From an uncultured Pelagibacteraceae bacterium (GTDB lineage Bacteria; Pseudomonadota; Alphaproteobacteria; Pelagibacterales; Pelagibacteraceae), in assembly GCA_902569055.1 (NCBI GenBank), contig CACFSU010000002.1, forward strand, positions 29,922-93,921: DNA of 64,000 nt, given 5' to 3'. Made by a program: the position numbers and the translations under genes. This document shows positions 58,358 to 64,000 of this stretch, in pieces. The notes under the pieces were generated by a model. That model saw only the letters and a list, made by a program, of their open reading frames with translations, did not search any database and was not told where the DNA came from. Position 1 is the first letter of the stretch; the number at the start of each line of letters is the position of its first letter.

Positions 58358-58860
58358 TAAACAAAAATATAACAATATTTTTTATTCTTGTTTTTTTTAC
58401 TTTATTTCCTTCTAAAGCTGAAGAATTAAAAGAAATAGGAAAATTTAAAGATTGGCAAACTATGATTTTAATTGAACCAACTGGAAACGTTTGTTTTGCT
58501 CAATCATCACCCGTTTTGCAAGCTCCAAAATCAAATAAAAGAGATGCAAAATTGTTTGTAACCTTTAGACCAAGTGAAAAAATTAAAGATGAAATTAGCG
58601 CAAGTCCTGGATATGAATTTAACAAGAACAATTCAGTAACAGCAATTTCTGGAAAGAATAAAATTAAATTTGATATTATTCAGCAGGGTTTTGCATGGAT
58701 TGCTGATAATAAGATTGAAAAAAAAATGGTTAAAGTTATGAAAAAAGGCTCTAGATTAATGATAACTGGATATAATAAAAAAGGATCTCAAACAATTGAT
58801 CACTACTCACTTTTAGGATTTACTAAAGCATATAATGCTGCAAAGACAGCTTGCAGTTAA
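58348..58860 (+). CDS. Invasion-associated locus B (IalB) family exported protein
   Basis: signal peptide, FKDW..VCFA, DHYSLLGFTKAY...C. Confidence 0.8.
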   Translation: MSIINKNITIFFILVFFTLFPSKAEELKEIGKFKDWQTMILIEPTGNVCFAQSSPVLQAPKSNKRDAKLFVTFRPSEKIKDEISASPGYEFNKNNSVTAISGKNKIKFDIIQQGFAWIADNKIEKKMVKVMKKGSRLMITGYNKKGSQTIDHYSLLGFTKAYNAAKTACS

Positions 58861-58863
58861 TTA

Positions 58864-60048
58864 ATGAAATCAAAAAAAAAAATTATACTCGCCTATTCTG
58901 GAGGATTAGACACATCAATAATTTTAAAATGGCTTCAAGAAAATTATAATGCTGAAATTATTTGCTATACAGCTGATATTGGACAAGAAATAGATAAAAA
59001 AAAAATTTTTGACACTGCAAAAAAATTTGGTGTCAAAAACATTATTATTCAAAATCTTAAAGATGAATTCGTAAAAAATTACATTTATCCAATGATAAGA
59101 GGACATGCAATTTATGAAGGAGTTTATTTATTAGGTACGTCTATAGCAAGACCTCTTATTGCAAAAGATCAAATTAAAGTAGCAAAAAAATTTAAAGCAT
59201 ATGCAGTTGCCCATGGAGCAACTGGAAAAGGTAATGACCAAGTAAGATTTGAATTGGGCTATCATTATTTTGGACCTAAAATAAAAATTATTGCGCCATG
59301 GAGAATTTGGAAATTAAAATCAAGAACAGACCTAATAAATTATGCAAAAAAAAATAGTATACCTATTCCAAAAGATAAAAAAGGTGCTGCTCCCTTTTCA
59401 ATTGATGATAATTTATTTCATACATCAACGGAAGGAAAAATTTTAGAAAATCCCAAGAACAATGCTCCTGAATTTATATTCCAAAGAACTACTTCTCCTG
59501 AAAAAGCACCTAATAAATCAACTTTTGTAACTATCAATTTTAAAAATGGTGATCCATTTGCTATTAATGGAAAAAAATTATCTCCAGCAAAATTATTAAA
59601 AAAACTTAACCAACTTGCAAGCAAAAATGGAATAGGAAGAGTTGATTTAGTTGAAAATAGATTTATTGGAATAAAATCTAGAGGAGTATATGAAACCCCA
59701 GGAGGGACTTTACTAATTCATGCCCATAGAGCAATAGAGTCTGTAACTCTAGATAAAGAAACTATGCATAAAAAAGATGAAATCATGCCAAAATATGCTG
59801 AACTAATTTATAACGGTTATTGGTTTTCTAAAGCAAGATTTAAGCTTCAAAAAATTGTAGATAAAAAAAGATATAAAGTAAATGGATCTATTAAACTCAA
59901 ACTTTATAAAGGTAATATTACTATTTTATCTAGACGGACTAAAAGTAATGCCTATTCAATGAAAAAGGTTTCTTTTGAAGAAAATAAAACTTTCAATAAA
60001 CTTAGTGTTGAAAAATTTATAAATTTACACAAGAAAAAATTAAAATAA
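58864..60048 (+). CDS. argG: Argininosuccinate synthase
   Basis: [40 protein letters not shown]. Confidence 0.98.
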   Translation: MKSKKKIILAYSGGLDTSIILKWLQENYNAEIICYTADIGQEIDKKKIFDTAKKFGVKNIIIQNLKDEFVKNYIYPMIRGHAIYEGVYLLGTSIARPLIAKDQIKVAKKFKAYAVAHGATGKGNDQVRFELGYHYFGPKIKIIAPWRIWKLKSRTDLINYAKKNSIPIPKDKKGAAPFSIDDNLFHTSTEGKILENPKNNAPEFIFQRTTSPEKAPNKSTFVTINFKNGDPFAINGKKLSPAKLLKKLNQLASKNGIGRVDLVENRFIGIKSRGVYETPGGTLLIHAHRAIESVTLDKETMHKKDEIMPKYAELIYNGYWFSKARFKLQKIVDKKRYKVNGSIKLKLYKGNITILSRRTKSNAYSMKKVSFEENKTFNKLSVEKFINLHKKKLK

Positions 60049-60056
60049 TTCAAAAG

Positions 60057-60281
60057 TTATTCTTTTGCCTTTTTTTTAGCTATTTCCCTCGGGTCTGGAA
60101 TACTGCCAAAAGAAAACTGTATTGTTCTTATTAATACCCATCCTAAAGCCATGGTTGACAATATATAATATATAAATGTCAATGAATCACTTTTTGCAAA
60201 ATCTTCTAGGTCTGCTCCAAAATAAATTATATTCCAAAATAAAAAAAAGAATATTTCATAAATAATTATAACTTTGTACAT
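60057..60281 (-). CDS. Small two-TM hypothetical protein (likely start MYKVII)
   Basis: two hydrophobic segments, charged tail PDPREIAKKKAKE. Confidence 0.55.
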   Translation of the reverse strand: MYKVIIIYEIFFFLFWNIIYFGADLEDFAKSDSLTFIYYILSTMALGWVLIRTIQFSFGSIPDPREIAKKKAKE

Positions 60282-60331
60282 TATGTAGATGGTAACTATA
60301 TTGATTTGGCATTTATTCAAATTTTTGATAT

Positions 60332-60390
60332 TCATTTTTTGTCGCAGTAAATGATTGTAGGGTATTTTTAGTCTGCGACAAAAATGACAA
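60332..60390. promoter_or_regulatory. Inverted repeat with two TGCGAC boxes in the divergent promoter region before the PsiE-family gene
   Basis: TTTTTGTCGCAG (60336-60347) and CTGCGACAAAAA (60373-60384). Confidence 0.55.
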
Positions 60391-60430
60391 AGAATGAGAG
60401 TAAATTATAAAATACTCATATTTTAATAGT

Positions 60431-60811
60431 ATGGAAAATATAACTAAAAAACTTCAGCTAGTTTTACTATCAATAATTCTTTTAAGTACGGTGATAGCCG
60501 TAGGAATAGAAATAAAAACAATGTTAATCAATCAGTCAGTTACCTTAGCCGATTTATTATTAATGTTTCTGTACCTAGAGGTGATGGCTATGGTAAGAAT
60601 TTTTTGGGCTCAACAATCAATAAGTATAACTTTGCCTCTACTAATTGCTATTACTGCTTTAGCTCGATTTATTATATTACAAGGAAAAGAAATGGATCCA
60701 GCAGCATTAGTTTATGAGGCTATTGCTATAGTTCTAATTGCAGCAGCAATAGTAATTTTAAGACTAAGACACAGTGACAAATTGGGTCTCAAGAAAAAAA
60801 AAACAAAATAA
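60431..60811 (+). CDS. PsiE family membrane protein
   Basis: LADLLLMFLYLEV, LLIAITALARFII; four TM segments. Confidence 0.85.
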   Translation: MENITKKLQLVLLSIILLSTVIAVGIEIKTMLINQSVTLADLLLMFLYLEVMAMVRIFWAQQSISITLPLLIAITALARFIILQGKEMDPAALVYEAIAIVLIAAAIVILRLRHSDKLGLKKKKTK

Positions 60812-60817
60812 ATTAAT

Positions 60818-61960
60818 ATGAGATTTGAAGCTTCTAGGGCTAAGGCCTTAGATCAATTAAATAATTTTGTTAAAAATAATCTTTCTAAATATTCAAAATT
60901 AAGAAACTTTGATTTTGGACCTAATATAAGATCTAATATTTCTTGCTTATCTCCTTACATTACTCATGGAGTAATAAACGAACTAGAGGTAATTAAAAAA
61001 TCACTAAATAAATTTTCTTTTGCAAAAAGTGAAAAATTTATTCAGGAAGTTTTATGGCGTGTCTATTGGAAAGGATGGCTAGAATTGAGACCAAATGTAT
61101 GGTCAGATTATCTGATAGAATTAAGTCAAATCAAACAAGAATATAAAAGTAATAAAAATTATCTAAAGGCTATAGAAGGAAAAACCAATATAGAATGTTT
61201 TAATCATTGGGTAATTGAACTTAAAGAACACAATTATCTCCACAACCATACAAGAATGTGGTTTGCAAGTATTTGGATATTTACACTAGAATTACCATGG
61301 CAACTAGGTGCTGAGTTTTTTATGAAACATCTTTATGATGGAGATATTGCATCTAATACTCTAGGCTGGAGATGGGTTGCAGGAGTTCAAACTCAGGGCA
61401 AACATTATCTCGCAAGTGAATGGAATATTAAGAAGTTTACGAATGATAGATTTCAAAATATTAAACTTAATGAAAAAGCTTGTCCAAAAATATCTAAAAA
61501 AATTTACTCAATAATAAAAAAAAAATTTAATAATCCACAAAATCTTGAAAAAAGAGATCTAATTATTTTTGAAAATAACTTATCTTTTGAAACTACTAAT
61601 TTTCAAAATCAAAAATTTAGAAAAATTTATTTAGTTTTGAATAAAAATGAAAAAAGATTTATAAAACTTAGTGAAAAAGTATTAAAATTTAAATCTTTAT
61701 TAACTGAGGATCAAAAAAAAAGGTTAGAAAAAAAATCAATTAGTTGCGAGATTATCAACATAAATGAAATGAAAAATATTAAAGAGGAAATTTATGCGCT
61801 TTATCCAAATATCAGTGAAAACTTAGATTTTATAAATTCAAATAATCTAAATAATATTAAATTTTTATATAGAAAAATAGATCAATTTTCATGGCAGTAC
61901 TGTAATAAAGGTTTTTTTAATTTTAAAAATTATATTCCAAAAATAATTTCAATATTTTAA
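60818..61960 (+). CDS. Short photolyase-like flavoprotein with N-terminal FAD domain
   Basis: SCLSPY, KFIQEVLWR.YW, YLHNHTRMWFAS, HLYDGD.ASN.LGWRWVAG. Confidence 0.88.
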   Translation: MRFEASRAKALDQLNNFVKNNLSKYSKLRNFDFGPNIRSNISCLSPYITHGVINELEVIKKSLNKFSFAKSEKFIQEVLWRVYWKGWLELRPNVWSDYLIELSQIKQEYKSNKNYLKAIEGKTNIECFNHWVIELKEHNYLHNHTRMWFASIWIFTLELPWQLGAEFFMKHLYDGDIASNTLGWRWVAGVQTQGKHYLASEWNIKKFTNDRFQNIKLNEKACPKISKKIYSIIKKKFNNPQNLEKRDLIIFENNLSFETTNFQNQKFRKIYLVLNKNEKRFIKLSEKVLKFKSLLTEDQKKRLEKKSISCEIININEMKNIKEEIYALYPNISENLDFINSNNLNNIKFLYRKIDQFSWQYCNKGFFNFKNYIPKIISIF

Positions 61961-62103
61961 TCTAACTCATATTTTAGTTTTTTTCTGTCGTATATTTTTT
62001 TCTTATTTTGTATTATCTTATTTCGTAACATTGGCTTTTTGAGTAATTTCGCAATCGGATTTATCTTATTTAATGTTTTTTTTAATTTTCTTTTATTTTT
62101 CAT
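61957..62103 (-). CDS. Small basic protein, 48 aa, ArfA-like pattern (not in supplied ORF track)
   Basis: MKNKRKLKKTLNKINPIAKLLKKPMLRNKIIQNKKKIYDRKKLKYELD; ATGA overlap with the upstream reading frame. Confidence 0.6.
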   Translation of the reverse strand: MKNKRKLKKTLNKINPIAKLLKKPMLRNKIIQNKKKIYDRKKLKYELD

Positions 62104-62819
62104 AATATTTTTTTAAAATTATCATAAAGAATTTTACAATAATTATTCATGTCAGAAATATTTTATTTAGCTGATTGATTAAACTTTTCTAAAGCATCTT
62201 CTCCCAATTGATCCTCTAAAGCTTTTCTATACTCAGGAACACATCCCCACTCCTTAACTGTTGTATCTTTAATCTCAATATGAAATTGAATTCCATATGC
62301 ATGATTTTGATATTTAAATATTTGATATTTAGTGATAGGTGACGAAGCAATTAAAATAATATCTTTATTATTCTCTATTCCTTGCACTTCAAAAGAATGC
62401 CATTGTAAACTTTTAATTGTCTCAGGAAATTTTGAAAATAAATTATCTTGCTGTTTTTCTTTAGTAAAATTTATATCCATAATACCAATTTCTGCAGGAT
62501 TTGATTTAATCACCTTACCTCCAACCACTTCACCTAATAATTGACAGCCTAAACAGAATCCTAAATAAGGTTTTTTTAAATCCATAACAAATTCTTTAAT
62601 CGCTTTTTTTTCATGAATTAACCAAGGATATTCATTTTCCATATATGTATCCATTGGGCCACCCATACAAAACATACCATCAAATTTTGTTAAATCATTT
62701 GGGATCTTTTCACCTTCATCTAATTCTATAGTTGTAAGATTAAATCCATCTATCAACATAAGATCTTTTAAATATCCTGGGTCTTCAATTTTTATATGTT
62801 GTAAAACAATTATATCCAC
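62100..62819 (-). CDS. Class I glutamine amidotransferase-like protein; in-frame TAA at 62163-62165 truncates the last 20 codons
   Basis: GTG start; MGGPM, GFCLGCQ nucleophile, QWHS, IQFHIE; frame continues NISDMNNYCKILYDNFKKIL to TGA at 62100-62102. Confidence 0.85.
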
Positions 62820-62825
62820 TAAACT

Positions 62826-62954
62826 TTAGCTTAGCTTAGAACACTTCTTAGAACAATATTTAACTCTATCCCAATTCAACTTCCATTTTTTTCGCCAAAG
62901 AAAAGGTTTTTTACAAACAACACAAATTTTAGAAGGTAAGTGTTGTTTTTTCAT
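62826..62954 (-). CDS. DUF2256 family small Cys/Trp protein, 42 aa (not in supplied ORF track)
   Basis: MKKQHLPSKICVVCKKPFLWRKKWKLNWDRVKYCSKKCSKLS; ATGA overlap with upstream gene. Confidence 0.88.
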   Translation of the reverse strand: MKKQHLPSKICVVCKKPFLWRKKWKLNWDRVKYCSKKCSKLS

Positions 62955-63301
62955 TTTAATAAATTTTTATTTTTTAAAAATAAAAGGTATGAAACAAATT
63001 CATATGCATAGTGAAATAAAATATATATTGGTTTAAATGAAAATATTTTTGACAATAATTTATATTTTGGAATTTTAGACCAAATTATTATGAATGCTTT
63101 AGCTCCACTAATTACTTCTCCATTATCAATAACATGAAGTCTTCTAAGTAACTCTTCTTGACTTTTAGATGTAAGTTTTAAAGCATCTTGATTATTTGTA
63201 ATGTCAATCCACTCTAAATGACTATCAGAAACTTTTTTGTAATGATTTATTTCAAGCCTACAGATACTACATGAATTGTTAAAAAAAACCTTAATTCTCA
63301 T
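62951..63301 (-). CDS. DUF393/DCC1-like thiol-disulfide oxidoreductase
   Basis: FFNNSCSIC, LHVID..ISGAKAF. Confidence 0.85.
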   Translation of the reverse strand: MRIKVFFNNSCSICRLEINHYKKVSDSHLEWIDITNNQDALKLTSKSQEELLRRLHVIDNGEVISGAKAFIIIWSKIPKYKLLSKIFSFKPIYILFHYAYEFVSYLLFLKNKNLLK

Positions 63302-63384
63302 AACTTAAATTAATATTAAACATTTTATTTAAAATATTTAATAAGTTGAGTACCTAGAATTAAATTAGAAGCCAATAATAACTT

Positions 63385-63648
63385 TTAGAATAACTTAAAG
63401 AAAGCTTTAACTGGAGACTCATTAGCTACAAGTCCAAATCTACAAGGAATTGCATTACCTTTTTTGTTTAAGATTTCCAATTTGTTGTAAGCTATATCTT
63501 CTCTATATATATTCATTTTTTTTTCATTATTTTCACAAGATTCGTAAACTGTGCCTGCACCTAGTGATGTGTCAGCATTTGAAATTCCTACGAAAGTAGA
63601 AAATAAAAACAATGTTAAAAATGTATTTTTAGATATTTTTTTCATCAA
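63385..63648 (-). CDS. Small hypothetical exported protein
   Basis: signal peptide ending SNA, two Cys; no family recognised. Confidence 0.6.
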   Translation of the reverse strand: MMKKISKNTFLTLFLFSTFVGISNADTSLGAGTVYESCENNEKKMNIYREDIAYNKLEILNKKGNAIPCRFGLVANESPVKAFFKLF

Positions 63649-63767
63649 GGCTGTTTAAAGAAAAAAAAATTTTAGTCAATTGTGTTTAGATAATAATTAG
63701 GCCAAAAGTGTCGCATATCATTTCAAAGTTTCTATAAAAACAATAGGTGTGACATAATGTAATTCTA

Positions 63768-64000
63768 TTATTCTAAAGTATTTTTATTAATAAATTTTTC
63801 TGCATCAGATAAAATTAATTTTTTTCTTTCTGTTTTCATTTTATCAAATATTTGAACCATCATTGAAAGCCTAGGATTTTTTAAAAAAAAATTTCTATTT
63901 TTATTAATAAATCTCCAATACAATCCATCCATCGTATTGCACCATTCTCCTTTTTTGAAATCCATCATTTTCATAAAATAACTTGATCCACAAACATAAG
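63768..64000 (-). CDS. C-terminus of a bacterial (6-4) photolyase/cryptochrome-related protein (PhrB/CryB-like); 5' part outside window
   Basis: frame open to the window edge: YVCGSSYFMKMMDFKKGEWCNTMDGLYWRF...NPRLSMM. Confidence 0.82.
   Translation of the reverse strand, partial: YVCGSSYFMKMMDFKKGEWCNTMDGLYWRFINKNRNFFLKNPRLSMMVQIFDKMKTERKKLILSDAEKFINKNTLE

Noticed and set aside
60332-60390. Inverted repeat as an intrinsic terminator or MITE end
   Set aside because: 25-nt spacer, lies between divergent gene starts, no target duplication or transposase; kept only as a putative protein-binding site

Overview
Very AT-rich, gene-dense alphaproteobacterial chromosome segment with tiny or overlapping intergenic spacers. 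Gene content and protein sequences (e.g. DmdA) point to Candidatus Pelagibacter (SAR11). Bases 1-32.4 kb are one minus-strand run: ffh-rpsP-trmD-rplS-leuCDB, DMSP demethylation genes (dmdC-dmdB-hydrolase-dmdA), asd, sdhCDAB, mmsA, mdh-sucCDAB-lpdA, priA and atpHAGDC. After dapF-ftsY comes a second minus-strand block (34.3-55.5 kb). It holds hspQ, ccmCDEFGH, a PagL-like protein, a 2-hydroxy/2-oxo-acid enzyme cluster with two tandem FMN oxidases, a periplasmic sorbosone/PQQ-type dehydrogenase + 4-Cys protein + cytochrome c module, a TRAP transporter + amidase unit, and a LicD gene. The right end has ispZ, yccA, an aldo/keto reductase, ialB, argG and a photolyase cluster. I saw no rRNA, tRNA, CRISPR array or mobile element. 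The most notable observations are: SdhC/SdhD lacking both heme-b histidines, the periplasmic dehydrogenase-cytochrome c module, a candidate structured RNA upstream of ccmC, an unlisted ArfA-like small ORF, and a premature stop in a glutamine amidotransferase. All calls come from motif recognition by eye; no searches were run.
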